64,000 nt of DNA from Histomonas meleagridis 2922-C6/04-290x (taxonomy: Eukaryota > Protista > Parabasalia), in contig JAANOX010000243.1 of NCBI GenBank assembly GCA_020184695.1, positions 434,001 to 498,000 on the forward strand, read 5' to 3'. Below, piece by piece: positions 22,906-34,669 of the stretch (its first letter is position 1; every line of letters starts with the position of its first letter). Under the pieces are notes generated by a model. The model did no database searches and had not been told where the DNA came from. It saw only the letters and a list, made by a program, of their open reading frames with translations. The position numbers and the translations under genes were made by a program.

Positions 22906-23337
22906 ATGAAATATTTTATAATGGAAATTCTTGAAACAAATAATGCAGTTTTAACAGCATATGAAGTATTAAAAATAGTATCCGTGCGAACAAAAGCAGC
23001 TAAACCATATAAAGATACGCGTGATAGAGAATATTTAAGTGAATATGAACGAATTCAACAAGCAAGAAATATGTTAATTCCTTCACTTTTATCACATTCA
23101 CCAGATGGTACAGTAGAAGATGGGGAAGATGATGTGGGGGAAAAGATCAAATCTTTTTGCAATGAAATTCAAGAGTTAAATAAACAAATAACACCTTTTC
23201 AAATGCGAAATTTGATATCAGTTCGACCACGAAACATTTGTGAACTTGCATGTCTTTTTCCAACAGAAGAAGAATGGGGTGTTATTTCAGAACAGTCAGA
23301 AGAAATTATTAATCTTATCAACAAACACTTTCCTTAA
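22906..23337 (+). CDS. RPC9: RNA polymerase III subunit RPC9/C17 (CRCP, Rpb4 family)
   Basis: MEILETNNAVLTAYEVL N-terminus; HRDC-like ITPFQMRNLISVRP...ELACL...EE...SEEIINLI. Confidence 0.75.
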   Translation: MKYFIMEILETNNAVLTAYEVLKIVSVRTKAAKPYKDTRDREYLSEYERIQQARNMLIPSLLSHSPDGTVEDGEDDVGEKIKSFCNEIQELNKQITPFQMRNLISVRPRNICELACLFPTEEEWGVISEQSEEIINLINKHFP

Positions 23338-23699
23338 TTTAATTATATAAAAATAAAGTATTATTTTCTTACAATTTTTTTTTTATAAAATGAAACATTA
23401 AATTTAAAATGTATAACATGAAAATAGAAAATTTTGATGTATTTTCTTGTAAAACATATGTGTAAATCCTTTGAAAAGTGCAAATAAGTCAGAAGCTCAA
23501 CAAAAGCTTGTTAATATTGATAGCCCAAAGTAGCACATTAAATATATTGGATTAATCATCAATTTATATATGAATTCAACAAATTTCTTCTAAAGCGCTG
23601 TTCTAATGAATCATATTATATTATTAATAAAATGATTGAAGAAAAAATAATAACAAGCTTTCCAAATGACATATTAATTTTTTTGCTCATATTATGACA

Positions 23700-24480
23700 C
23701 CAGAATTTGCAGAATTAAGAAACAATATAATAATAAAGAATCCAATTAGAATTATGAAGAACTTTCAAGGAATGGCTGAGAACTTCACAAGAAATATATT
23801 AAAGAAGAACATAATCCGAATGAAATCGCAAAAATAATTCGAAATGATAAAATAAAAATACTTCAAGAAATTTCATCACAAAGTGATTTTTGATTTTCAA
23901 GAAATTGTACCATCACTTTATGAAAAAAATGTTCATTTATTATTAAATATTATGTTACATTAATTGATTACAAAGCATTTTTTTAGTCAATTAAATTTTT
24001 TAAGTTTTTACTTCTGGATGTTGCTGATATCAGTGAAACAGGTAAATATAATTGCAGTTATAACAAATCATTCATTAATGTACACAAAATGAATCATCAT
24101 TTTTCAAATGTCGAGCTTAGCATAGTTCACATATATAAACGTGGAGGATTATTATTTAATTCATCAAGCGAACAATCACAAATAGCTTGTATGAAATAGA
24201 TTATCGATTCATGATCAAGTCCATTATAAGAATTAGAAAACAATGTTTTGGCTTTAGTAAACATCGAAAAAATCGATATTTTTTTGTTGAATTTCAGTGA
24301 TTTTAAAAAAAAGAAATTTAATTTAAAAAAATTTTTATTATAAGATTTTTATTTTTAAAAAAAATTACAATTTTATAATCCTATATTTAGCAAAGTAGCA
24401 GATATTGATGATATATCTCTTGTCAAAGCACTTATGTTAGCATCTTCATAAGGTCATACAGAAATATTTGAATAACTTTC
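23700..24480 (+). pseudogene. Decayed DUF3447-ankyrin gene fragment
   Basis: HNPNEIAKIIRND..K.LQEISSQ and PSLYE remnants similar to 55.9-56.0 kb; ankyrin remnant ALMLASS*GHTEIFE* near 24426-24480; many stops and indels. Confidence 0.75.
24107..24304 (+). repeat. Dispersed direct copy of internal Sec7-gene segments 26229-26390 and 26509-26542
   Basis: Near-identical sequence (CATATATAAACGTGGAGGATTATTATTTAATTCATCAAG...AAACATCGAA), joined to AATCGATATT with 118 nt of donor missing. Confidence 0.9.
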
Positions 24481-24829
24481 GAAACATTTTTAAACAAGAT
24501 AATGCAACATTTTCCGATTCACTTTTTTGCAAAAAAGGATTCATCGATGGAGAGTTTCAATTCCCATTTGATAGATAAACCAAATGATTATCACATTTTA
24601 TCAGTATTGTTAAATTGTATTTAAATATTGCATGAATTGTTATGGAAAAAATGAGCTGAAATTTGAAATAAAAACTTTTTATTTAGTGAATATTGAAATC
24701 ATTAGTGCATATCTAAGCATAACATTTGGAATAATTTCATCTTACACAAAAAAGAAATAAACATCATTCATCTGAAGGAATTATTTTTAAAATCAAATTT
24801 AGATAGATATAATCATTTATTTAAAATAT

Positions 24830-27800
24830 TTAAGTATTAAAGAATCTTGCGAAAGCCTTTTTCATTTGATGCCTAATCTCATCTGACTTTGATAAAATCA
24901 GTTGAGTCAAATAAATCTTTGAGTTAATGAAACAATCAAAGAACAAATTTTTATCCAAATCATTAAACATTTTCAATATTTTTATAATATTTTTATTCCA
25001 ATCAAATGTTATATTATTCATGAAAACATCAAAAGTTTCATTAAAACAATTAATTATTTCATCTTTTTCATCGTATCCGATTTTTATTAAACATTCCAAT
25101 GTTACTTCTTTAACTAAAGCCAAAAGTATATTATTTTTATAAATTTCATTTAAATTTTTTAAAATAAAAATTATTTTTTTTGTAACAATTTTGTTACTTA
25201 TGAAATTATTCATATAAATTTTAAACTCTAAAATAAATTCGATTTGATTATCAAATGATAATTTCATCAAATCTTTACTATTATCCTCAATTATATCAAA
25301 AAAATTATTAATTTGTGTTATACTAATCAAAGGGAATTTTAAGTCAATAAATGATTTATATTGACTAATAATTAATGATGTTAAATCATCATTTTGATTA
25401 TTTTGAAGAATTTTCATGAAAAATTTAATAATTAAAACAAAATTATTAATTGATAATTCTTTTAATATATTATATATGTTATTAGTAAACATTATAATCG
25501 AATTATCATTAATATTTTCATTATGATAAAAAAGATAAATTTTTTCATCCAAAAAATTCGAAATAAATTCTTCTGTTTTAGAAATCATTAAAATTTCTTT
25601 AATAACATCAATAACAGAATCATAAATTACATCGAAGTTTTCGAATTCGAAATATTTTTTAATAAATATTTCATAATAATAATCAAAAATTGTTAACAAT
25701 TTCTTAAAATCGTTTGGATCCATTTCTTTTATAATAATTGGAACATAACCCAAAATTTCAGGTTTATAACTAAATAACAAAAACAAAACATAAATCAAAT
25801 CTAATAAATGAAATTTAATAACTTTAAGTTGATTATTAATTAAATATAAAACGCATTCATAACAAATTCTTTTTGTATAATTAATTAAAGCGGCGTTTTT
25901 TAATATTATAAAAATCGATTCCCAACCACTTTGAATGTTTGGTGAAACAGAAACAATAATTTGTTGAATACTATATAATATATGAATTTGTATATCTTTA
26001 TTTACACAACCATTAAATATTTCGACAAAAGGAATCATAAAATGTGCTTGGAAATGATAACGTAATTGTTCTTTTTTACTTAAGAATTCGCGTGAAATTT
26101 GGCGTAAAAGATCTAAAGTTAAAATAGAAATCGATGACTTAAAATTAAAACAAACAGATTTCAAATATATTATTATAATATCCCAAATTTTCATCCATAT
26201 AATATGTTCCCGATTAATATTTAAGTTTAATGTCGAGTTTAACATAGTTAGCATATATAAACGTGGAGGATTATTATTTAATTCATCAAGAGAACAATCA
26301 CAAATAGCTTGTATGAAATAGATTATCGATTCATGATCAAGTCCATTATAAGAATTAGAAAATAATGTTTCGGCTTTAGTAAACATCGAATTAAATTTTT
26401 GTTCATTTTTTAACTTTTCAATTGCCGAAACTTCTTTCATTATAATGGACCAAACATTTCTTAAAAAATTTCCATCTTTAATAGCAATTTTTATTAATGT
26501 ATTCGTACAATCGATATTTTTTTGTTGTATTTCAGTGATTTTTAATGTTCTTAATTTGGAAAACATTATAAAATTATCTAAAATAGTATCAAGAATATCT
26601 TCGATAAAACAATTTGATGAAATATGTATACAATATTTTAATCCTTTTAAACATTTAATATAAATTTCATATGAATTCGAATTATCGAAATTATTAGTTA
26701 AAGAACTTATGATTGTACTACAAATACATTGAAACATTGGACCTATTAATAATGGCGATTCACTTTTATGGAATTTATGTTTAATATTTACATTTTTTAA
26801 TTTAATTCTTTGATTAATTTCTAAAACTATTTCATTATAAAGTGTTTTAAACATTTCAATTCTTTGATTTCGATTTAATAATGTCGAGTTAGAGTCAATA
26901 TTTAATGAATTCGAATTAAATATCTTTTTAGTAGTTATTTTATTATATAAATCAGTCAGAAATTCTTTTGATAAATCTTTGCCACGATCAATTCCTTTAT
27001 TATTATTAATGAATTGTTCTAATGTCATTTTCTTTTTAACATTCGGATGATGTGCATCAGTATGTAATAATAATGTCGAATAAGATAATACATATACAGT
27101 ATCAGCACATGAAAATATACCAGGATTATCATTATAAAACTTAATACCAAATTGTTCCATTATTCGATCAATCATTTGAGCTTCGCCCGGAATTTGAAAT
27201 GTCTTTAAAAACTCACGAAATGATTTCTCAAATGTTTTATTCTTAAAGTCAAATAAAGATACAAATTCTTTTAATATTTCGATGTTTTCTATCGAACCAA
27301 TTAATTCTCCTACTTGTTTAGGATCTAATGTATTCGTATTATAAAGAAATTTAGCAATAGAAATCAATGTGTTATCACAAAAGTTATTCTTTATAAAAAA
27401 ATCAATTCCTTTTTTCCATGAATTTTTAAATATATAAATCCCATCATTAAATTTATCTTTAGTCTTTTTCCGATTAAGAAAGTTTTGTGGTGATTCGGGT
27501 TCATTTATATTAGTGATTTGGAAATCAATAAAATATTTCCAAAGTGATTTTAATATCGATACTAAAACATTAAGTGCATTCTGTTGAACATATTTGTTTT
27601 CATTAGTTGGATATGAAAGTTTTGCAATTTGTGTAATAATGTTCTCATAAATATTCGGAAAATATCCCGAATCATCACAATCATAATTAACAAATATATC
27701 AACAAAAAATTGCGGCTCTGTTGTTAATGTTTTTATTATGTTTAATGAATTTACTATTGTATTAGAGTCGGGTGATGTTAACGCTATGGAAAAACCTTTC

Positions 27801-28744
27801 TCAAATAACTCTTTGAAGTTTGTATTATATACTTTAGGAAAATTTCTCCATATAATTATGATGAGATTGGAAGAAGATTTGGATAAATTGATGTTGGAAT
27901 TTAAGATTAATGACATTATTGATACATGAATTTGTGTTTGTAATAATTTTTTGAATGTTTTGGTGGTATAAAATTGGGAAATTTTTTGGAACGATTTAAT
28001 TAATAAATTAATGGAAAGTTGAATGGTTTTGATTTGTAACATGTTCTTTTCAATTACTTTGGATAATAGGTCAAATAGTATAAACATATCAATATCATTA
28101 ATGGAAGAATTAACTGATAAGGAATCCAAATGATTAAAGATATAAAAAGAATTTAATGTAATAGTTTGAACTAACGATCTCGATGCTTCTTTATTACTAA
28201 GGTCAGAAAATGCAAGTTCTGTTGGTTTATTATAATTATCAAATAATGTTTCAATTATGTTTTCAAATATGTTTTGGATGGTGTTTTGATTATTAGTTGA
28301 TACATCAAAAAGACAAATTAATGTTTTAAGAATTGATTTAATTAACTTTCCATGAAATGTTGAAAGTGGCCGAGATTTTAGACAAGAAAAACAAACTTTG
28401 CATGACCTCAATACAATATCTTCCGATTGGCAGTATTTATCAGTATGGTAAAGTAACTTAAAAATTTTTTGAGTAAAATCTTGATATAGCCAATAATTAA
28501 ACTGATTAAAAAATGAATAAAAACAATCAAGTGCAAGTGGGTAAAGATGCTTTTTATCTGTTTCTATTGCAACAAAAAATGGATCCAAAGCAATTTTTAA
28601 ATCAATATCTTCTTGTTGAGCAATTGATTCCAAATATTTCATAGACTTTGAAATACTCTCTCTAATGGAACGTTGGAAAATTCCACCACATTGAAGTTTC
28701 AACTCATTTAGCTGCTGAATTACGAATGATGAAATTCCAACCAT
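24830..28744 (-). CDS. Large Sec7-domain ARF GEF (BIG/GBF1 type)
   Basis: FVDIFVNYDCD (HUS), FQIPGEAQMIDRIMEQF and DTVYVLSYSTLLLHTDAH.P Sec7 motifs, HDS regions. Confidence 0.92.
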   Translation of the reverse strand: MVGISSFVIQQLNELKLQCGGIFQRSIRESISKSMKYLESIAQQEDIDLKIALDPFFVAIETDKKHLYPLALDCFYSFFNQFNYWLYQDFTQKIFKLLYHTDKYCQSEDIVLRSCKVCFSCLKSRPLSTFHGKLIKSILKTLICLFDVSTNNQNTIQNIFENIIETLFDNYNKPTELAFSDLSNKEASRSLVQTITLNSFYIFNHLDSLSVNSSINDIDMFILFDLLSKVIEKNMLQIKTIQLSINLLIKSFQKISQFYTTKTFKKLLQTQIHVSIMSLILNSNINLSKSSSNLIIIIWRNFPKVYNTNFKELFEKGFSIALTSPDSNTIVNSLNIIKTLTTEPQFFVDIFVNYDCDDSGYFPNIYENIITQIAKLSYPTNENKYVQQNALNVLVSILKSLWKYFIDFQITNINEPESPQNFLNRKKTKDKFNDGIYIFKNSWKKGIDFFIKNNFCDNTLISIAKFLYNTNTLDPKQVGELIGSIENIEILKEFVSLFDFKNKTFEKSFREFLKTFQIPGEAQMIDRIMEQFGIKFYNDNPGIFSCADTVYVLSYSTLLLHTDAHHPNVKKKMTLEQFINNNKGIDRGKDLSKEFLTDLYNKITTKKIFNSNSLNIDSNSTLLNRNQRIEMFKTLYNEIVLEINQRIKLKNVNIKHKFHKSESPLLIGPMFQCICSTIISSLTNNFDNSNSYEIYIKCLKGLKYCIHISSNCFIEDILDTILDNFIMFSKLRTLKITEIQQKNIDCTNTLIKIAIKDGNFLRNVWSIIMKEVSAIEKLKNEQKFNSMFTKAETLFSNSYNGLDHESIIYFIQAICDCSLDELNNNPPRLYMLTMLNSTLNLNINREHIIWMKIWDIIIIYLKSVCFNFKSSISILTLDLLRQISREFLSKKEQLRYHFQAHFMIPFVEIFNGCVNKDIQIHILYSIQQIIVSVSPNIQSGWESIFIILKNAALINYTKRICYECVLYLINNQLKVIKFHLLDLIYVLFLLFSYKPEILGYVPIIIKEMDPNDFKKLLTIFDYYYEIFIKKYFEFENFDVIYDSVIDVIKEILMISKTEEFISNFLDEKIYLFYHNENINDNSIIMFTNNIYNILKELSINNFVLIIKFFMKILQNNQNDDLTSLIISQYKSFIDLKFPLISITQINNFFDIIEDNSKDLMKLSFDNQIEFILEFKIYMNNFISNKIVTKKIIFILKNLNEIYKNNILLALVKEVTLECLIKIGYDEKDEIINCFNETFDVFMNNITFDWNKNIIKILKMFNDLDKNLFFDCFINSKIYLTQLILSKSDEIRHQMKKAFARFFNT

Positions 28745-28886
28745 TATCTAAAACCTTTTGAAAACATTACACAGATAATTCAGTAAAAAATTCTGACAAA
28801 TCACACACAAAATGTAAACGTTTTCAATTTCTTTCATTCTCCATAAACATTTTGATTGAAGCACCTCACAGTAATGCTCAAATAAC

Positions 28887-29403
28887 ACACACTCGTATAT
28901 AACATCCCACTGTAACATATGCTCATAAGTCATCACATATTATTAATATCCGCACAAGTACACACTCGTATATAACATCACAATGTAACATATGCTCATA
29001 AGTCATCATATATTATTAATATTCACACAAGTACACACTCGTATATAACATCACAATGTAACATATGCTCATAAGTCATCACATATTATAAATATTCACA
29101 ATGTAACATATGCTCATAAGTCATCACATATTATTAATATCCGCACAAGTACACACTCGTATATAATATCACAGTGTAACATATGCTCATAAGTCATCAT
29201 ATATTATTAATATTCACACAAGTACACACTCGTATATAACATCACAATGTAACATATGCTCATAAGTCATCACATATTATTAATATTCACACAAGTACAC
29301 ACTCGTATATAATATCACAGTGTAACATATGCTCATAAGTCATCATATATTATTAATATTCACACAAGTACACACTCGTATGTAACATCACAGCGTAACA
29401 TAT
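28887..29403. repeat. 73-bp tandem repeat (minisatellite): about 6 full units, one 45-bp truncated unit and a partial end
   Basis: ACTCGTA starts at 28891, 28964, 29037, 29155, 29228, 29301, 29374 (spacings 73, 73, 118, 73, 73, 73). Confidence 0.95.
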
Positions 29404-29432
29404 ACAGCAACTAATTTTTTATTCAAATATTT

Positions 29433-31229
29433 TCATAATTTTTCCCCAACATTATCATCATTATAATTATTATCGGTATAATTATTATTACTTTCATCGG
29501 GAGTAATTCCCGAATATCTCTTTCTCAGTTTGTTATACAAATCTGGGCACGACGCCTTCAGCTTGTCTGGTGCCTCCATGAAGCAAATCATGAAAGTGTC
29601 TGCGATTCCCTCGAAGTTAAACCTTATCACCAAGAACAAGAACATTGTTGAGAAGAAAGAGAACATAACAGTGAACACTTTTGTGTCATAGTCGTCTCTA
29701 TTGATTACCATTCCGATTGTATAACCAATTAACAATGCGACTACCATGAAGTTGTACCATTGGTATGCCGAAGATATATTTAATATGTTCTTATACACCA
29801 GAGTCCTTACATGTTTGTTACATATTAACTCAGTGAACCTACGACAACCTTCTTTAAATGGTATACCGAATAATGAGCAATACACTAATGAAAATCGATT
29901 AATCCATTTGAAGCAGAATTCGATTGGTTTCAAACATGTAGCCAAAATACAGAAACAACAATCTTGATCAGAACAACAGATGCAACATTCTTGTGTATGA
30001 TTCTTACAACATTGAGTAAATTGATTTGCGTACCAAAACTTTTGTAATGTTTGAACAATCGGCATGAAGACTGCACATAATGATTCATCACCAAGCATAT
30101 TAGTGAACGCTCTCTTGAATGACGTTGTTGGGAATTTCTCATAATATTCGGTATCTTTAAGGAAATACCATGATGAAACATGTGCTGTTGTTGTTGTGGA
30201 ACTGATATAACCAAGTGAATATGAGATCCAATAAAATGATATTGCAACATAAATATATAACAATTGATTAACATTATTATATTGTATTAAAAAGATTATC
30301 ATACAAAAGATAAATGAAAATATTATTGAAATAATCAATTCAATAAAGGTATATATTAATATAGTTTTGTTATATAATATAATTTCTCGTACTTGAATTA
30401 AAACATCTGTGGTAAATTGAAAGGAACTAAATAAGTTCATTGTGTATAAAATACCAAAAAATAACGCAAAGAATAAGCCAATGTAATAGAAAATAGCATC
30501 GTTGCCAAAGTTGAAGAGTCCATACGCAGAAGCAGCAAAGGTAAATATTAATGACGTTAACATTGGAAGCTTGACATATACAAATGGTGCGCCAAATATT
30601 AGAAGGAAATAAATCATGTTAATGCCAATACTAATCGCGATGCTACAACCATAACATTTATAGAGAATACTATTAAAGTACTCATGTTTGTCATTTCGTT
30701 CGGGTTTGGTGGCCATTAGCCAGATAAATATTGCGAGTGTGGCGGCAACATTAAGTAAAAATATTATCAAATGAACAATGTCATAACATTTATGTTCTTT
30801 TTTTGTGTTTTCACTGAAGCCTTTAGGTGTAAAACAATCATGATCATCCCAGTAATGTGAAAATTTCGTCTGATCATTTGGAATTGTATTCCATTCTTCA
30901 ACGTCCATTGAAGTAATTTTAAGATGATAAATATCATACTTATATTTTTTGACTTGTGGCTCATAACCGTATGGATTGTTTCGAGATCCAAACTTTGGTG
31001 AAGATTGATAAGTAGGTTGCGTGTTTGTTGATGCTTGATAAACTGGTGCTTGATTTGGCTGATAATAATTTGGGTCATAATAATTTGGTTGATTTGGGTC
31101 ATAGGAATTTGTTTGATTTGGTTCCATATACATTTGCTGTTGATTTGGATCATAATAGCTTGTTTGAACATTATACATTTGTTCCATAGGTGGTGGGTAT
31201 TCTGAAGGATCGCCCTTGTTATCAGACAT
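29433..31229 (-). CDS. Choline transporter-like (CTL/SLC44, Pns1) membrane protein
   Basis: Multiple TM helices, V.SWYF, SFKRAFT..LG, WINRFSLVYCSLFG.PF.EG motifs; YDPNQ-repeat N-terminus. Confidence 0.85.
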   Translation of the reverse strand: MSDNKGDPSEYPPPMEQMYNVQTSYYDPNQQQMYMEPNQTNSYDPNQPNYYDPNYYQPNQAPVYQASTNTQPTYQSSPKFGSRNNPYGYEPQVKKYKYDIYHLKITSMDVEEWNTIPNDQTKFSHYWDDHDCFTPKGFSENTKKEHKCYDIVHLIIFLLNVAATLAIFIWLMATKPERNDKHEYFNSILYKCYGCSIAISIGINMIYFLLIFGAPFVYVKLPMLTSLIFTFAASAYGLFNFGNDAIFYYIGLFFALFFGILYTMNLFSSFQFTTDVLIQVREIILYNKTILIYTFIELIISIIFSFIFCMIIFLIQYNNVNQLLYIYVAISFYWISYSLGYISSTTTTAHVSSWYFLKDTEYYEKFPTTSFKRAFTNMLGDESLCAVFMPIVQTLQKFWYANQFTQCCKNHTQECCICCSDQDCCFCILATCLKPIEFCFKWINRFSLVYCSLFGIPFKEGCRRFTELICNKHVRTLVYKNILNISSAYQWYNFMVVALLIGYTIGMVINRDDYDTKVFTVMFSFFSTMFLFLVIRFNFEGIADTFMICFMEAPDKLKASCPDLYNKLRKRYSGITPDESNNNYTDNNYNDDNVGEKL

Positions 31230-31927
31230 TATATTTTTTTTATATTTTTTTTTTTTTGCAAGAAATTGAACGATACTTCTGTAAGCGTGAATTTCATTTG
31301 AGAAGCTTTATTTGAATTAACCAAAAAAGCTGAAAAAAGCATTCAATTTTTGCTACAGATTAAACGTTTTTTTTATCACAGTGTTTTCAAAGAAAGCCAA
31401 CTGGCAACAATGGAACGGATGATATGAATGAATAAAAAGTAATCGGATTTTAATTCAAAAAAAAGGTGTTTGAGCTTTCCATTATCACTTCACAAACCTC
31501 CAAAAAATAGTAGAATTCAGCCGGTTTTGATAGAATTCTATCAAAATTTTGTCAAAAAGTGGGAAAACACATTGAAAATTTGGATTTTCAATCAGGTGTT
31601 TGAATTTGGTCTATTGAATATTTGGTATACAATCAAAAAAATGATCCGTTTTATTTATTACGTCCTCTTGTACAAGTTATGCCGATAAAGTCAAAAGATA
31701 AAATTATTTCCTTTTATTACCTTTATCATGACAATCAAACAACTATTTATACTTCGTAGCTTCAACACATGCAAACTTTAACTTATATAGAAATAAAATA
31801 ACTTTAAATATTTCAAATCATGACGACATGTTTCAAATATGCGTTTATAATTACGCAAATGGCAATGTTATAAACTTTAAGCAAATGGTCCAACCCGATT
31901 TTATCGTTGTGTCAAAACTTTCCAAAA

Positions 31928-32875
31928 ATGTTTTTTTTGAAAATCACTTTCATTTTCTTATTTATCATACTTTTAGCGATAGTCCCACTCAAAGCCCTCA
32001 AAAGAAAACCTGATATTGAAGTTAGAGAAATTTTTCAAATTTATAATATAGTACGAGTTGGATATGGACTTGGCAACCAAATGTTTCGGTATGCATTTGC
32101 ATATGCTCTTCAATACGAAACCAATGTTCCTGTTTACATGGAACTTACTTATTTTAAAGACTGTAGAAATCATAATTGCATGGATTTTTGCTTAAATAAC
32201 GTTAGTATAGACTCAACTCAACGAACATTCTCTCTGTGTTATTATAACATAACTTTAACGCAAGCCACGAATCGACAAATTAATAGTGTTCTTCCTGAAA
32301 ACAAATATAGTGACAGAGATGTGTTAGGGAAAAAGCTTTCCGAATTCAAGGGGAAGAGCCAATACTTTTCAGGTCCGTATGAGAATTTAGGGTTCTATGA
32401 TTTCGAGAAATATCGACCGCATTTTCTTCGTGAGTTTGCATTTAAAGGACAACTTGTTGGCTGTTACAAAGACTATCTTTCTCTCATTGAACGTTCTAAT
32501 TCTGTTTCGGTCCATTTTAGAAGGACTGATCATATTTATTCGTCTGCAACTAATCAATATTATATTGATGCAATTAATTACATGAACAAACATGTCGATA
32601 ATCCGCATTACTTTATCTTCTCGGATGATCTGAAATACATTAAAGCGAATGTAAGAATTAACGGAAGTCATACGTACATCGAATGTAAGAATCAAAACTC
32701 AGTTTACGATTTCGAATTAATGAGACATTGTAAACATAACATTATGGCCGTGAGTACGTACTCGTGGTGGGCTGCGTACTTAAATGAAAATAAAGATAAA
32801 ATTGTGGTCGCTCCAAAATATTGGGGAAGAAGAAAAAGCGATTTCTTAGTACCAGAATATTATGTTACATTATAG
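31928..32875 (+). CDS. Alpha-1,2-fucosyltransferase, family GT11, type II membrane anchor
   Basis: GLGNQMF.YA, SVHFRRTD, FIFSDD, DFELMRHCKHNI...STYSWWAAYL..N.DKIVVAP; ATG at 31928 precedes a hydrophobic anchor. Confidence 0.9.
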   Translation: MFFLKITFIFLFIILLAIVPLKALKRKPDIEVREIFQIYNIVRVGYGLGNQMFRYAFAYALQYETNVPVYMELTYFKDCRNHNCMDFCLNNVSIDSTQRTFSLCYYNITLTQATNRQINSVLPENKYSDRDVLGKKLSEFKGKSQYFSGPYENLGFYDFEKYRPHFLREFAFKGQLVGCYKDYLSLIERSNSVSVHFRRTDHIYSSATNQYYIDAINYMNKHVDNPHYFIFSDDLKYIKANVRINGSHTYIECKNQNSVYDFELMRHCKHNIMAVSTYSWWAAYLNENKDKIVVAPKYWGRRKSDFLVPEYYVTL

Positions 32876-33513
32876 GGTTAAATTTGTTTCATAAGTAAAA
32901 TATTAACACTTTCTTGTTATTTGTTTCATAATTCCAATTTAAATGATAAATAATGTTTTAGTGATTGTGTTACGTAATTCATTTTGGATGTCGAAATTTG
33001 ATAATAATAATGAATAAGGATGAACATGTTACCAAGATAAATGGATTTATAATTCGAAATAATGTACAATTGTTCGTTAAGAGACCGTTTATTTAATTAT
33101 CAATTCATCATATCAAAAAGTGGTAATTTCTGAAGTTTACGATTGTCGAGTTGGCTCAAAAAGTGTCCGAATAATGCTAGTGTTATAAAGCATTGCATTA
33201 CAAGAAAAACTTCAACAAAAAATTGTTGGAAGCAACATGACAAAGACCATGATTGAACATTTTATAATAAACGCTTTAATTTCATTAATTTTGATATCTG
33301 CAATTGTATTTCCTTCCTTATTTAATAAAAATTTCATTGGTTGGATCATCGTTTAGTAAATAAAGTAAATCATTTTCCATTTTAAAAAAGTTACATGCAA
33401 AAACAAATGATTTTTTGACTTTGACTTGCATGGAATTGTAGCAAGCGGATTAAATAGATAGATTATTAGAAATTACCAAAATAAATATGAAATTTCAAAA
33501 AAAAACCTATTTT

Positions 33514-34420
33514 AAAAAACTTCAAGAAATATCATCAAAAAATGATTTCGATTTTAATCAAACAATTAAACCATCATTTTATGAAAAGTATTCTTTTATT
33601 AATAATAATGAAGTTACATTAATTGAGTATGCAGTATTTTTTTCTCCCATCAGTTAAATGTTTTAAACATTTACTTATAAATAATCCAGATATAAAGAAC
33701 ACCGCTAAATATGCAATTGCATGTGGAAACGGAGAAATCATTCATTTATGTAAACAATATCATTCATTATTTGAAGTTGAATATGAAACAGCAATTAAAT
33801 TCCATAAAAATGATATTTTTCATTATGAAAATAATATTGGAAATTTCCAATATCATGATGATTTGCAGAAGTTTGGAAGAAAATGTGTTTTACATCATAG
33901 TTATGAAATTTAATCATTTCCGAAAGAAAATGGATTGAAAATTTTCAATGATATTCTTAATGAAGCTGCAAAAATCGGAAATATTTATCTTATTCATTTT
34001 TACTAAGAGAAGATAATTCCAAAAAATATTTTGTTTTTTACATCAGAAATAGATAATATTGAACTTGTGCGATATATTTTAGAGCAAAAAGGAATTGATG
34101 TTATGGCAAAAAATGCTAATTTGTTTGATTATAAATTTATTTTTTATTGTTTAATTTTTCAAAACAATATTTGGAAAATATTAAAAATATTTTTTACATC
34201 CCTTATTTTAACATCTAATAAAGATACTGAAATAGTTCAATTACTTCTTGAAAAAGATGGGATTAATGTTAATACTAAGGATAAAATTTATTTGTTTTAT
34301 TTGATATATCAAAATAATGTTTGAAAATCCAGCTCTTGTTTTAGCTCTTGAAAAGAATTATATTGATATAGTTAATATGCTCTTTGATTAAAAAGATATT
34401 GATATTAAAGTTAAAAATAT
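33514..34420 (+). pseudogene. Decayed DUF3447-ankyrin gene
   Basis: KLQEISS.NDFDFNQTI.PS.YE, AKYAIACGN.EII remnants in shifting frames; ankyrin modules with a deletion and a stop; carries the same spacer family (34112-34195). Confidence 0.8.
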
Positions 34421-34669
34421 TGTATTTATTGGAAATTTTGAATAATAATAATTCGATATTTTGAATTATTATTTAAAATTTATTCAAATTACTTGATACA
34501 TGACTCAAAATTGCATCTAAAAATGAATCATCTATTAAATGGCTATGCTTGATTGGAAAAAAAAATGAATTCATTTATAGGTACATCATTAATAAAAAGA
34601 TTATATCACTTTTAATTAGATTGTCACTTCTATAATATTGTAGAAATCATTTCAAATTCAAAAAACAGT

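Noticed and set aside
28887-29403. CRISPR array or tandem C/D snoRNA/tRNA cluster
   Set aside because: Units are contiguous with no unique spacers and no cas genes; a box C-like RTGATGA is present but there is no CTGA box D; no tRNA cloverleaf or A/B boxes recognised
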